From: a virus
IMG/VR virus record: IMGVR_UViG_3300010403_000002
Location: 1-64,000 of that record
Strand: one strand, 5' to 3'
Length of the DNA: 64,000 nucleotides
Shown here: positions 45,959 through 56,270 of the stretch, one piece after another
Layout: each line of letters starts with the position of its first letter
Position numbering within the stretch: the first letter of the stretch is position 1
Notes under the pieces: model-generated
What the model saw: only the letters and a program-made list of their open reading frames with translations
Database searches by the model: none
What the model was told of the DNA's origin: nothing
Program-made: the position numbers and the translations under genes

Positions 45959-46160
45959 GTCACTGTCTGGTTTGCTTTATCTTGTCACCGGTAGACTTAA
46001 TCGAATAATCCAACCAGCCGCGCTCGTTGCTGTTCTTGCTACGGGCGAGGAATCTGGCTGAATTTCTCACGCTTGCAACCTCAAGCAGCGCAGCGCCTTG
46101 CGGACAGGTTTGGCGTTTGGTCTGGCAGCGCGAATGATTGGAGTCTATAATTCGTCCACA
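45860..46160. other. Probable attP with integrase arm-type sites
   Basis: TTGGAGTCTAAAGTTCGTCTA (45869) and TTGGAGTCTATAATTCGTCCA (46138) flank a non-coding core. Confidence 0.6.
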
Positions 46161-46537
46161 AAATTCCTTGCTTGTGCCCATGCTTCTGTGATATAGCGTG
46201 CTCATTCTGGAGCATCAATGACACACTTACTCACAAACCAAAAGGCGAACACACTTGAACGAACCTCATGCGGAGGCTGGTGCCGCTCGTACAATGTCGC
46301 CAGTAGAAATGCAGGTTGCTTTTGAGAAACTGACCAAGCGCGTGCTCCAACTTGAAGACGAGCGCGCGCGTGAAAAACAACGAGCAGAGAAGCGGCGCGC
46401 GGCTTGGCAAGGCGCGCTGGGTTGGCTCAAGCAGCTTGCTGAAAACTGAATAGGCTTTGATCCTGGATTTTGGCCGCCGTTTGACTGGTTTGATCTCAAT
46501 GAGATTTTGCTGGTGAGACGGCGGCTTTTGTTGTTTT

Positions 46538-47200
46538 ATGGCCACTGTAAGCGCCGCACAACTCCGTCAGATTTGCCCGCGCCTCAAATTGGAGGCAGCG
46601 CAAACCTGGGTGCCTTTTCTCAACGAGGCGGCGGCTCGGTTCGATATTTCAGCCAATGCAGACCGGCTGGCCGCGTGGCTGGCCCAGGCCGCGCACGAAT
46701 CCGGCGAATTTAGCAAGGGCCGCGAGAATATGAATTACACCTCAGTGGCGCGCATCCGTGCGGTCTTCAAGCGCGTGAGTATGCCGGGGGTGCATCGCCG
46801 GACCAATCCTGAACTACAAGCCTATGTGCGAGCGCCGGAGCAGTTCGCAAACTTCATCTACTCGCACCTACTCGGCAACGGCAACGAGGCGAGTGGCGAC
46901 GGCTGGGCATATCGAGGTGGCGGTAGTATCGGGCTGACCGGGCGTGCGCAATATCGGGAATGCGGTCGAGCGATTGGGTTGCCACTTGAACAGAAGCCGG
47001 AATTGATCGAGCGGCCATTGGCCGGCGCGCTTTCGGCGGCGTGGTTCTGGCACAAGCGCGGCTTGAACAAGGTGGTGGACGAGACGGAAGGGGAAAGGGA
47101 AACGCGGGAGGTCACGCTGCTAACCAATGGTGGATTCAATGGGTTGGCTGATCGGCTGATGTATGCGGAGAGGGCTGAGCAAGCGTTCGGGTTGAAATGA
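46538..47200 (+). CDS. Endolysin, glycoside hydrolase family 19
   Basis: AWLAQAAHESG, GDGWAYRG, LTGRAQY, SAAWFW, NGGFNGLADR. Confidence 0.92.
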   Translation: MATVSAAQLRQICPRLKLEAAQTWVPFLNEAAARFDISANADRLAAWLAQAAHESGEFSKGRENMNYTSVARIRAVFKRVSMPGVHRRTNPELQAYVRAPEQFANFIYSHLLGNGNEASGDGWAYRGGGSIGLTGRAQYRECGRAIGLPLEQKPELIERPLAGALSAAWFWHKRGLNKVVDETEGERETREVTLLTNGGFNGLADRLMYAERAEQAFGLK

Positions 47201-47426
47201 GAGATGGGAGTATCCAGGCAACTGAGGCGGACATCCGACGGCATAGGGCTGAGTGTTGGAGTCCTAGCTGTAGGCGCCGGGCTTGGTTTTGTAATTGGTG
47301 CGGGTGGCATTGGTGCTGGTCGCATGCTTGGCGTGATCTACGCTGGGGTGGTGGCTCTTTTGGTTTTGGACTCAGGACGCTGCGGTTGAGATGGCCGTTT
47401 TAGTTTGGAGCAAGCGTTCGGGTTGA
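47177..47426. repeat. 19-bp direct repeat duplicating the endolysin 3' end
   Basis: GAGCAAGCGTTCGGGTTGA at 47177-47195 and 47408-47426. Confidence 0.9.
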
Positions 47427-47441
47427 GGTAATAGGTGAACA

Positions 47442-48002
47442 ATGTCAGACATCGAAGACCTGCAGTTAAAGCATCCGGAACTCGCAGCGCGGCTGATCGC
47501 CTTCGCGCAAGAACTGGCGCCCCTCGGCGGCAGGCTGAAGATTGACATGCCGGGTAATTATCCCGCGCCGCAGTCTGCCACTCCCACCCCAAACGCTGAC
47601 CGGGCTGTCCTGGCGGCTCAGCCCGCCAAGGGCGAGGTGACAAAAGATCAAGCCGCTAGCTGGGCGCGGGCCGGACTCACGGCGGTCTCGTCTGCCGTGG
47701 CTATGCTCGGCGCACTGGGGTGGCTTGGCTGGATCAAGCCGGAACACCTAAGCACTTTGAATAATCCAGCACTGGCCGGGCTGTTGAGCGGTGTCATCTT
47801 TGCTGCGGCGCGGCTGTGGAGTTTGTATCAGAGCAAGAAGAAGGCAACGGAGAAGTCCCAAGAGGTCACGACTGCTCTACACACGTCGCCGCTCAAGGCC
47901 GACGAGACGCCGGTGAGCGTGGAAGAAGTCAAAGCTAAAACGAAAGAAGTTGTGCAACAAGCTCAGGTAAGTGATAACGCGGTGAAAGGGGAAGGGAAAT
48001 AA
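47442..48002 (+). CDS. Holin-like membrane protein
   Basis: Two TM segments; follows the endolysin. Confidence 0.5.
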   Translation: MSDIEDLQLKHPELAARLIAFAQELAPLGGRLKIDMPGNYPAPQSATPTPNADRAVLAAQPAKGEVTKDQAASWARAGLTAVSSAVAMLGALGWLGWIKPEHLSTLNNPALAGLLSGVIFAAARLWSLYQSKKKATEKSQEVTTALHTSPLKADETPVSVEEVKAKTKEVVQQAQVSDNAVKGEGK

Positions 48003-48296
48003 CCATGCCATTTTTTCACGGCTGGGGATGGTTCAATGCGGGCGCGGCGCATTCAGTAAAGGCGCGCAGGAAAGATCGCAACAAGCGCGCGAAATCCCGC
48101 CGCGCAATGGTCAAAGCTTCAAGAAAGGGAAACCGATGAAAGGAAAAATATACCGGCTGCGGATTTGCCGCTGGCACTTTGCGGTTAGCTTTGGCCACTT
48201 CACATGGCGTCACTGGTCACAGAAGAGTTGGCCTCTGCCCGCCGGATCATTCGCCTTTGGTTTTGGCTGTCTGACTTATATGCGAGGTATTGCCTG

Positions 48297-48899
48297 ATGA
48301 AACGTTATTTACTCTATCTCGTGCTGGCGCTGGCGCTGGCGTCGCAAACGGCCTGCCCATTTGCCACGGCCAATAACGCGATTGACAACATCCTGCTCAA
48401 CACTGAGCGCGCGGCTCGTTACATTGATCGCAGCAGTGAGATGGTGCATGAGCTTTACTGCCCGACTTGCGAGACGCACTTTCTCAAGAAAGAGACCGAG
48501 CTACAGCTTCAACAAAACCTGCTGACCGCGCAGGAAAAGCTGGCGCGAGCTTATGGCGCGCTACGGGCCTCTGGCATTGATACCGGTAAGATCACGCTGA
48601 CGCCGGCGCGGAAAGCCGACATCGAGAGCAATCTGACCGCGCTCAGGGTCGGGCTGCCGACGGGGAGCGAGATCGGCCCTGGCACTTCGGCGTCTGCTAA
48701 GTTGCAAGGCATCCTCGCGCCACTTGATCGAGCGGTCAGCGATGTTCTCTTGCAATTGTCGAAAGTGAAAGTCGCGCAAGCTGGCACGACCTTTCAACTC
48801 TCAGCCGCGCAGACGATGCGCGTGCAGTCTCGAATTAACCATTACGTCACTATTGGTCTATTGCCTATATCCACGACCGAGGAAAAGGCGGAACGATGA
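48297..48899 (+). CDS. Lipoprotein (possible spanin-like)
   Basis: MKRYLLYLVLALALASQTA|C lipobox-like sequence. Confidence 0.6.
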   Translation: MKRYLLYLVLALALASQTACPFATANNAIDNILLNTERAARYIDRSSEMVHELYCPTCETHFLKKETELQLQQNLLTAQEKLARAYGALRASGIDTGKITLTPARKADIESNLTALRVGLPTGSEIGPGTSASAKLQGILAPLDRAVSDVLLQLSKVKVAQAGTTFQLSAAQTMRVQSRINHYVTIGLLPISTTEEKAER

Positions 48900-49249
48900 A
48901 TGTAGCATTCTTAGACACGCTAGGGTTGATTGGGCAAATTGCGGCTGGCTTTCTGCCGCCTGGGATCAGTAGCAAGGTTGCCAATGCTATCAACCTCGCC
49001 ATTGCTGGCATTCATGACGTTCAGTCGGAGATCGCAAACGAAGCGCGCTTGCGTGGTATTCCGCCTGAACAGCTACACGCTCAATTGATTGCTGAGAATG
49101 ATGCGCTGATGGCTGAGAGCGGCCAAGAAAGCGTAGCGCAGCACATCCGGGATCGGATTGCTGAGACTCAAAGGACGACGCCACCTGTCGCACCGCAGAC
49201 TGTTCAAAAAACGCAAGGGCGAAAGGCGGCGCGCAAAAAGAGCAAGTAG
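48896..49249 (+). CDS. Hypothetical protein
   Basis: ATGA-coupled ORF. Confidence 0.6.
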   Translation: MNVAFLDTLGLIGQIAAGFLPPGISSKVANAINLAIAGIHDVQSEIANEARLRGIPPEQLHAQLIAENDALMAESGQESVAQHIRDRIAETQRTTPPVAPQTVQKTQGRKAARKKSK

Positions 49250-49379
49250 CACGCTGCTGAAACCTGGCCCGCACTCTCCGCAAGGATTGATGTGGGGTCT
49301 CACAATTCATAAGGGTTCTCTTCGGAGCGCCGAACTTGTACACGCTAGGATTCGTGTGCGCGTTCGGCCTTCTGTTTTT

Positions 49380-49940
49380 ATGGCTCGCTCATCTCATTAC
49401 ATCCAACTGCCCAACGGCTCACGCTCGACCATCAGCGCCAAACGCTGGCAGGCTTACGTTGCCGCCGGCTTACTGGTCGTAGTTGATCAAGCACAGCGCC
49501 GCGCTCGCTTGCGTGATTCGCTCGTGCAGGCGCGGGTGGTGGCTGGCGAAATGGAACTCTTTGAGGTAGGCGCGCGGGTGAAGACGAACGCGGAGGTGAT
49601 TGACCGCCTCTGGTTACTCTCGGAAGCCGGTCGTCAGAACCTCAGCGAGGCAGAGCAACACCGCGTTGCCGCTATCCGCCGGCAGTACGGTGAAGACACG
49701 CGCCAATCGCGGCGTAGTGACGCACCGGGCACGCGCGCTGCTGTCGCAGAGTATCTGGCTGACCAGCGCAAGCGTCGCATTCAGGCTGAATTGATCCGCT
49801 CAACGCGCACACAGATCGTAGTGCGGCGGGAACTGCTGGGCGCTAAACCGGAACTGGAGAAGGAGATTTATGCACGCGAGGCTGACACTGACAATCTGCT
49901 TGCTACTACTGCTGACTGTCCCCGCCCTGGCACAGCTTAA
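49380..49940 (+). CDS. Hypothetical protein
   Basis: ORF, codon context. Confidence 0.55.
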   Translation: MARSSHYIQLPNGSRSTISAKRWQAYVAAGLLVVVDQAQRRARLRDSLVQARVVAGEMELFEVGARVKTNAEVIDRLWLLSEAGRQNLSEAEQHRVAAIRRQYGEDTRQSRRSDAPGTRAAVAEYLADQRKRRIQAELIRSTRTQIVVRRELLGAKPELEKEIYAREADTDNLLATTADCPRPGTA

Positions 49941-50379
49941 AGGTGACTATGTCGGGTCGTATGACGGCGACCAGGTGAAAGCGACGGTGGGCGTGAAAGG
50001 CAAAACTGTGCTGCGCATCTACCGCTTGGCTGCAATAGACGCGCCCGAAGTGCGCGGCCATCAACCCGGCTGGCAAGAGTCGCGCGATGCGCTGCGCTCA
50101 GGGCTAACTGGCAAGAGCGTGACGATTACGGTGCGCGGGCGTGACACGAAATGGCGGCGACCATTGGCGGTGGTGACGGTGGATGGCGAAGACGTCGGGC
50201 TAGCGCAGGTGCTAAATGGACACGCCTGGTTCTATCGGCAGTATGCGCGCTCACTCACGCCTGAAGAGCGCACGGCCTACGAGGCAGCCGAACTCGAAGC
50301 ACGCCAACAGCATCGCGGGATTTGGCAGCAGGCGCGGCCCGTCCCACCGTGGCAGTGGCGGAAAGGAAAAGGGCGATGA
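49870..50379 (+). CDS. Secreted thermonuclease (SNase family)
   Basis: Signal peptide; DGD, RLAAIDAPE, GHAW, GIW, PPWQWR. Confidence 0.9.
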   Translation: MHARLTLTICLLLLLTVPALAQLKGDYVGSYDGDQVKATVGVKGKTVLRIYRLAAIDAPEVRGHQPGWQESRDALRSGLTGKSVTITVRGRDTKWRRPLAVVTVDGEDVGLAQVLNGHAWFYRQYARSLTPEERTAYEAAELEARQQHRGIWQQARPVPPWQWRKGKGR

Positions 50380-50793
50380 CGCAGGAAGAGTTTGATAACC
50401 TAGAACAGGGCGATGTCGTTAGAGTCGTGCTGACCGATGATGAGTTGGTGGTGATCGGGCAGCCTGGCTTTGGCGGTGTGGGAGCGCTGCGTACTGTTGT
50501 GGATTTGGTCAATCCGCAGGCTTTGGAACTCGTCGCTAAAGGTCGGTTCAATTTCGCGCGGCAAGGGGCTGCGGCCAAGAGGGGAGCCGTAGCTGGTTAG
50601 TCCTCTGCGGCTATTTGGCAACCGCCTTCTAGTCGCACGTCGCCATCCCGGTAGGTGATAATCTTGCCTTCCGCGCCGCAATCAAAGGTGACATCGCGGC
50701 GTGTGTCGCCATTGATCTGTTCGTTGATTTGGTCAATCACGAAGTCCGCCCCGCAATTAGGGCAACGGGCGTCTTTCCAGCTTGCTATTGGAA

Positions 50794-51153
50794 TCATGCT
50801 TGCTCCTTATCCGTGTCCCGAAACGTGATGCTCCGCAGCGCGTTGCTCATTGTTGATTTGCTCACGCCCGCTTCTTTGGCGAGCTTCGTTACGGAATCGC
50901 CCGCACCGTTCGCCCAACGCTTGCGATAGCGCAGGACGGCTTTCATTGTGAGCTTGGCCATTGGCGCACGCTCACCGCGAAGACTGGAATACTTGGGCGC
51001 GTCTTCTGGCAAGCCTTGCGCAGTTCGCCGGTAGCGATTCATGTTGCGGCGGTTTTGAGTGCGCCGCCGCTCGCGCAATTCGGATGTGGTGTAGATTTTT
51101 GGTTTTGGCATTGGATGCTCCGGTCGCCCCGCTGCCCCGTCCGTTTGCTTCAT
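50794..51153 (-). CDS. HTH DNA-binding protein with its own promoter
   Basis: SVTKLAKEAGVSKSTMSNAL; TTGCAC-17-TATCTT upstream. Confidence 0.6.
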   Translation of the reverse strand: MKQTDGAAGRPEHPMPKPKIYTTSELRERRRTQNRRNMNRYRRTAQGLPEDAPKYSSLRGERAPMAKLTMKAVLRYRKRWANGAGDSVTKLAKEAGVSKSTMSNALRSITFRDTDKEQA

Positions 51154-51238
51154 TGCTAACGTGATAATAAGATACCACACCCTCACGAACAGTGCAAGTT
51201 TTATTTTCAGTAATCAGCAAAATTCTTTAGGAGAATTC

Positions 51239-51910
51239 GTGAAAGTTTTATTCTTGGCTTTATTGAGTCTCTGTGCTGTCTCCGTCCACGCCCAAGACCG
51301 CTACGCCGACTTGCAGCGAGGGCATCCCGGCGCAGTAGCTGAGTGCAGGCTTGATAAATCGGCGGTGTCGTCGCCGCAGCCGGTCGTGCAGTTCCAGTGC
51401 GTAGAGCGATTAGGCGAGGGCCAGTACGATTGGTTCTATTTGGAAATTGCATACGACCGCTTGCCACAATCGTGGAAAAAATCTCTATCTAGCCGGGCGT
51501 ATTTCTATTTAGCGCGCGAAGGTGATGATCTGGTAACTATCCAGGCGGGGCCGCTGACGGTCTGTGATCCTGGCTATGACCGAGGCGGCTATAATCGGGC
51601 TGGCCCGCCTGCTTATTGCAATAGCCAGTGGCTAACTCAGGCTGCTGAGCAGCACGGGATACCGCCGAAGACGGCAGAAAATACTTTGGTGATGAAGCTA
51701 TCGGAGGAAACTATGGACGAACAACTCAAACTGCAAGTCGAAGTGCTCTTGAGACAATATCCAAATACGCCACTGGCGCATTATCTAAGCTGTGCCATCC
51801 AGGCCTACCAACAGCCCTCGTTCACTGAGGCGGTCACGCTGCGCAAGAACTGGCTGGAAGACGTAGGTGCCGATATACGCCGTTGGGCGCACGTCCACGC
51901 GCGAGGCTGA
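51239..51910 (+). CDS. Secreted hypothetical protein
   Basis: RBS AGGAG; signal ending VHA|Q; paired Cys. Confidence 0.65.
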   Translation: MKVLFLALLSLCAVSVHAQDRYADLQRGHPGAVAECRLDKSAVSSPQPVVQFQCVERLGEGQYDWFYLEIAYDRLPQSWKKSLSSRAYFYLAREGDDLVTIQAGPLTVCDPGYDRGGYNRAGPPAYCNSQWLTQAAEQHGIPPKTAENTLVMKLSEETMDEQLKLQVEVLLRQYPNTPLAHYLSCAIQAYQQPSFTEAVTLRKNWLEDVGADIRRWAHVHARG

Positions 51911-51911
51911 G

Positions 51912-52142
51912 ATGAATCGTAGAGCCTTTGTACAACAGGCTTCAGTGGTGGCGGTTGGCGCGCTGCTGGTTCCAAGCTTGCCCGTGGCTGAGTCTGGCGT
52001 TGATTATGGGCGTGGCATTGAGGCTGCAATTGAATCTCAGCGCGCCATCAACACACTTAGGTCGTTTTGGATGGCTGCTGAGTCGAAGGGGGAGTTTGTG
52101 CACACGAAGCTGAAGTCTTTGGGTGCGAAGAGGATTACTTGA
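51912..52142 (+). CDS. Small protein with twin-arginine-like leader
   Basis: MNRRAFVQQASVVAVGALL. Confidence 0.5.
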   Translation: MNRRAFVQQASVVAVGALLVPSLPVAESGVDYGRGIEAAIESQRAINTLRSFWMAAESKGEFVHTKLKSLGAKRIT

Positions 52143-52143
52143 G

Positions 52144-52611
52144 ATGCCAGCGCGCGGCAAAACCAAAATCAGTAAAGAGCGTAAAGCTGAGCTGGTGGCT
52201 CAACTCCCCGCCTTTGGGGGCTGCGCTGCCGCAGTTGCCCGTGAGTCAGGGATCTCGCCCGATGTGGTCGAGCGGGCCGCTCGCAATCCTGAGATAGCGG
52301 CTTTGGCGGGCATAAAAAAGGCTGAGCTTGCGGCTGGCTTCGCCTCGCTCACGCAGAAACTATTGAGCCACTACGAGTTATTGGTCGAGCGGGCCGACCT
52401 AGACAATAAAGGCACTACGCTGCTGGGAATCGTCGCCGATAAGGCGCTGCTTTATGCTAATGAGCCGACGCAAATTACCGCTACGGCTGAAACTCTAAGG
52501 CAGCTTGCCGAGGCCAAACGTAAAGAACTGGGGGACAAAGGTTGGGAGCCCAGCAAAGCCGACGAGCTAGTCGCGCAGGTATACCCAGAGGTTTCGCCGC
52601 TCGTGCAGTGA
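52144..52611 (+). CDS. Terminase small subunit (putative)
   Basis: N-terminal HTH, LLGIVADK, coupled to the large subunit. Confidence 0.7.
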   Translation: MPARGKTKISKERKAELVAQLPAFGGCAAAVARESGISPDVVERAARNPEIAALAGIKKAELAAGFASLTQKLLSHYELLVERADLDNKGTTLLGIVADKALLYANEPTQITATAETLRQLAEAKRKELGDKGWEPSKADELVAQVYPEVSPLVQ

Positions 52612-54371
52612 CTGAGTTTGAAATTGAGTTAGAGCGAGCCAAAGCTGAGCGCGAGCGGGTGCTGGTGGCGCAGCTTGGACGCCCACGCTGGATTCCACAC
52701 ACTCCAACGCCGCGTCAAAAGCTCTGGCTTGACCTGGATTGCCGCGAGGCGCTGTACGGTGGAGCTGGCGGCGGCGGGAAGACAGACGCCATCCTGATGA
52801 GCCATCTGCGCTATGCAGATACTCCTGGTTATTCCGGGCTGATTATGATGCGGACCTACGCCGATCTGTCCAAGCCAAAGGCCGCGATGGATCGCATGGC
52901 CGAGTGGTTGACCGGTACAGGCGCGAGATGGTCAGGTGAAAAGAAACAGTGGCGCTTCCCATCCGGCGCGGTCATCAGCTTTGGCTACCTCGCTAGCGAT
53001 CAGGACAAGTACAACTACAAAACAGCGGAGTACCAGCAGATCACTATTGACGAGGTGACGCGCTTTCCGCTGACTGATTACGAGTTCTTGTTCTCGCGCT
53101 TGCGCCGCTTGGCCGGTAGCAATGTACCGATTCGGATGCGCCCGACCTGTAACCCGCCTGAGGCCAGTGAGCCAGGGTACTCGTGGGTTAAGGCGCGATT
53201 TATCCCGCAGGGCTGGCGACCGGCATGGGCTGAGACGACGCGCGTTTGGTGGAAAGAGGGGGAGGACGGGCGCGGGCGGAAGGTGCAACGTGCTTTCGTT
53301 CCCTCGCGCTTGGAAGACAACCCGCATCTCGATCAAGAAGCTTACGATGATTCTCTGTCCGAAATGGATAAGGCGCGCTATGCGCAGATTCGTAAAGGTG
53401 ATTGGGATGCGCAGCGGCGCGGGAATATCTACAACGATTTCACCGATGGTTACAACGGCCATCACGTTATTACCTGGGAGCAGTTCGAGGCGGTCTTCGG
53501 CGTCCCTTTTATCCCGCATCACTGGAAAGGGAACATGGGGCAGGACAAAGGTTACAGTCCTGACCCCTGCGCAACGCTCTGGAATTTCACCGCAGCCGAG
53601 AATGCGCCGGTTGCGCATAGTGTACCACTCGCTGGCTCGATCTTCGTGCCCGGCATTCTGACCTGTCGAGAGAAAGGCGTGTCGCAGGTTGGCGATGCGA
53701 TCATCGAGAAGGAGCAAATGCGCGGCTGGTCAGGCCAGGTCTTCGCGCGCTATCTCTCACACGAAGCCAATGAGTGGGAGGCGACCTACAAGCGGGAAAA
53801 GAAGCTGAACTTTCAGCGCTGGAAGCCGGGCGCTGATTTGGGCATTGGCCGGGTGCAGTATCAACAAGAGATCAAGCACCTGAACAAGCCGCATCCGTTC
53901 AAGCCGTGGCTGATGGGGCGACCGAATTACTACCTGGTCGTGCCGAATCAGATGCTCGACGGCTACACACCCAGCCTGGAAGACCCAGATGCTGACGAGG
54001 GCTTAGGGCTGCTGCGCGCTGAGTTTTTGGCCTATCGCTGGGTGGTGCCGAATGTAACTGAGCAGCGCGGTAGTACGAAGATCCAGCCATACGATTATTT
54101 CAATCACTATATGGATGCGCAGCGCGGGATTGCACAGATGTGCTTTCCACTCGTCGCCCCGCGCACCCAATACGAGCAGGTGCAAGAAGCCCTTCCCCCA
54201 GGCTGGCGCGACTCTGATCTTTCAGTGCTCCCCTGGCAGGAGCGCGACCTACGCGCGCTGGCACGCCAGGAAACACTGGACGATCTCAAGCAAACCATCG
54301 CCAATCGCCACCGGCCACAGGTCTATGATGAATGTGTGACCGACAGCGGTGAGATTGACGCCTATCTATGA
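52608..54371 (+). CDS. terL: Terminase large subunit
   Basis: YGGAGGGGKT Walker A, IDE Walker B, PTCNP, DNPHL. Confidence 0.93.
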   Translation: MTEFEIELERAKAERERVLVAQLGRPRWIPHTPTPRQKLWLDLDCREALYGGAGGGGKTDAILMSHLRYADTPGYSGLIMMRTYADLSKPKAAMDRMAEWLTGTGARWSGEKKQWRFPSGAVISFGYLASDQDKYNYKTAEYQQITIDEVTRFPLTDYEFLFSRLRRLAGSNVPIRMRPTCNPPEASEPGYSWVKARFIPQGWRPAWAETTRVWWKEGEDGRGRKVQRAFVPSRLEDNPHLDQEAYDDSLSEMDKARYAQIRKGDWDAQRRGNIYNDFTDGYNGHHVITWEQFEAVFGVPFIPHHWKGNMGQDKGYSPDPCATLWNFTAAENAPVAHSVPLAGSIFVPGILTCREKGVSQVGDAIIEKEQMRGWSGQVFARYLSHEANEWEATYKREKKLNFQRWKPGADLGIGRVQYQQEIKHLNKPHPFKPWLMGRPNYYLVVPNQMLDGYTPSLEDPDADEGLGLLRAEFLAYRWVVPNVTEQRGSTKIQPYDYFNHYMDAQRGIAQMCFPLVAPRTQYEQVQEALPPGWRDSDLSVLPWQERDLRALARQETLDDLKQTIANRHRPQVYDECVTDSGEIDAYL

Positions 54372-54383
54372 AGGAGCAACACA

Positions 54384-54779
54384 ATGATTTTGATTACCGA
54401 TCAAGAATTACGCGAGCGGCTGGTGGACAAGGCGCTGCCTGAGGCCCAACAGCTTTTGGAGATGACCAGATTGCGGCAGGCTGCCCGCTTGCTGGCCGAT
54501 GGGCGCAAGCCAGGTGAATTGACGGCGGCTGAAGCTGAAGCTGCCAAGCGCGTGCTGACCGTCGGCCCGGTGGTGCTGAGTGATGAATATCCCAGGGTGG
54601 GCACCCCGGCTTTTGATAACAGGGGCAATGAGGTCAAAGAAAAACTGCCGTGCTGGGATGTGGCGGAGGTGGTTAAGCCGGCAGCAAAGACTGGTGAGAG
54701 CACGCTGCCACCGCCAAAGACCGGTGATGGCAAGCTGCCACCGCCTGCTACTACTGCGCCAGGTAAACCCAAGGCGTAG
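54384..54779 (+). CDS. Hypothetical protein, Pro-rich tail
   Basis: RBS AAGGAG. Confidence 0.65.
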   Translation: MILITDQELRERLVDKALPEAQQLLEMTRLRQAARLLADGRKPGELTAAEAEAAKRVLTVGPVVLSDEYPRVGTPAFDNRGNEVKEKLPCWDVAEVVKPAAKTGESTLPPPKTGDGKLPPPATTAPGKPKA

Positions 54780-55048
54780 CAGCTTGTGGCATGCGCGGTG
54801 TTTCTGGCCAAACTGTACGGCTTCACCATTCGGCCAGTGAATTGGGAGAAATGAGTAGTGGTCACCTTGATCCCGGTAGGCAGCGAGCCTTTTGAGCCCC
54901 CAACGTGTGAGCAATGCAAGAGCGCAGGCGTTCGCACGCTGTTTAAGGGGCGGTGCTTGTTCTGCCTTAACAGTCAAGAAGCGCAGCAGTTTGCTGATAT
55001 ATGTGAACGGGTCGTGCAAGACACGGACGTTATCAAAAGGAGATAGCT

Positions 55049-55381
55049 ATGTTTTCAGGACACGAAGAATTCAAGAATCACATTCCGTCTGGGCTGGCGA
55101 TGGTCAATCACGTGACGGACTATCTCGGCTCGACCTATCACGCGAGCGACACCACGGTCGCGGGCTGGAAGGCGACCAACAACACAGGCTTTAGTGCGCT
55201 GCACGAGGCGGACAAGGCCAGCAACCAACCAGTCAATCGGTATGTGGATAACCTGGCCGCGATGGACATTTACGACGCGACGGATATTGCGGCTAGCGAT
55301 ACCCGTGCGGCGGCGCAAGCTATTTTCACGGCTTACGACCCATCGCTCCCGGCTGGTTTCCACGGCTCGCGCGCTCGCTAG
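55049..55381 (+). CDS. Hypothetical (possibly virion) protein
   Basis: RBS AGGAG. Confidence 0.65.
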   Translation: MFSGHEEFKNHIPSGLAMVNHVTDYLGSTYHASDTTVAGWKATNNTGFSALHEADKASNQPVNRYVDNLAAMDIYDATDIAASDTRAAAQAIFTAYDPSLPAGFHGSRAR

Positions 55382-55816
55382 ATGTTGACGGCTGTTCTGA
55401 TTGGCGTTTGCCTGGCTGTCGCGTTCGCTGCCTGCGCATCACTCATCTGTTTTTTGCGCTCCGACCGGGATTACTGGCGCAAGGAATATCAGGCGAGAGA
55501 TGCGGATGCGCGGCGGCGCGAGCTGTGGCTGTACGACCAGTTACTAGCTGTCAAAGGTTTTAGAGTGGTCGGTCAGCCTCTGACACCGCAGGCGAAAGAG
55601 CAGGCAGCATATGCGTCGGCGCTCAGTGAGGACGATCTAGCAGTCTTGCGCGACCGGCTGCGTGAGCGTGAAGAGGCGGGGCTGTGGTCGCCGCAGGAGT
55701 CACAGCAAATAGTCGAGGAAGTACAGAGCGGACGGCTGACCTTGGCAGGGGTTGAGCGGGAATTATGGACACGGCAGTTGAATCAATATCAGGGCAGCGT
55801 GGCCGGGCAAATGTGA
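55382..55816 (+). CDS. Membrane-anchored hypothetical protein
   Basis: N-terminal TM. Confidence 0.6.
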   Translation: MLTAVLIGVCLAVAFAACASLICFLRSDRDYWRKEYQARDADARRRELWLYDQLLAVKGFRVVGQPLTPQAKEQAAYASALSEDDLAVLRDRLREREEAGLWSPQESQQIVEEVQSGRLTLAGVERELWTRQLNQYQGSVAGQM

Positions 55817-56268
55817 TGAGCGGGGAAGAGATCGCCAGAGCAGTAATTGAATTAGCCCAGGAATTTTGTGGGCGCGCAGGTGCGATAGTTCCGTTGTCAG
55901 TGGAAACCGCATTGCGCGATATTCGGCACGCGTTGGAGCATGAGACTGAATTAGGGCGGGAACTCTATCGTTTGCGACAGCAAAAATGCGAGGAACTCAA
56001 GGGTGTGCAATTAGATAGAGTCGGCTGCCTGGTATTGGCGCGTTCTCAGAAAGATGCAAACCGCCCAACTAACACAGAACAACTTAATCCGCATTCATTA
56101 CCAGCCATGTCACCCAAACTGCGTGACATGGAAGTGGCAGAGCAGGCTGTCCTATCGGCGGTCTGCCTTGGTCGACCGCCTGATGAAGTCCGGCAGTTGA
56201 TGGCGGAGGTGAGATCGGCGCGCCTCCGCTGGCTGGAGTCGCTGTTGCGGCGTTCAAGGGTCGCGTAA
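55816..56268 (+). CDS. Hypothetical protein
   Basis: Coupled ORF. Confidence 0.55.
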   Translation: MSGEEIARAVIELAQEFCGRAGAIVPLSVETALRDIRHALEHETELGRELYRLRQQKCEELKGVQLDRVGCLVLARSQKDANRPTNTEQLNPHSLPAMSPKLRDMEVAEQAVLSAVCLGRPPDEVRQLMAEVRSARLRWLESLLRRSRVA

Positions 56269-56270
56269 GA

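Noticed and set aside
45960-46205. Minus-strand 81-aa ORF
   Set aside because: Lies across the probable attP with no recognisable features; likely spurious.
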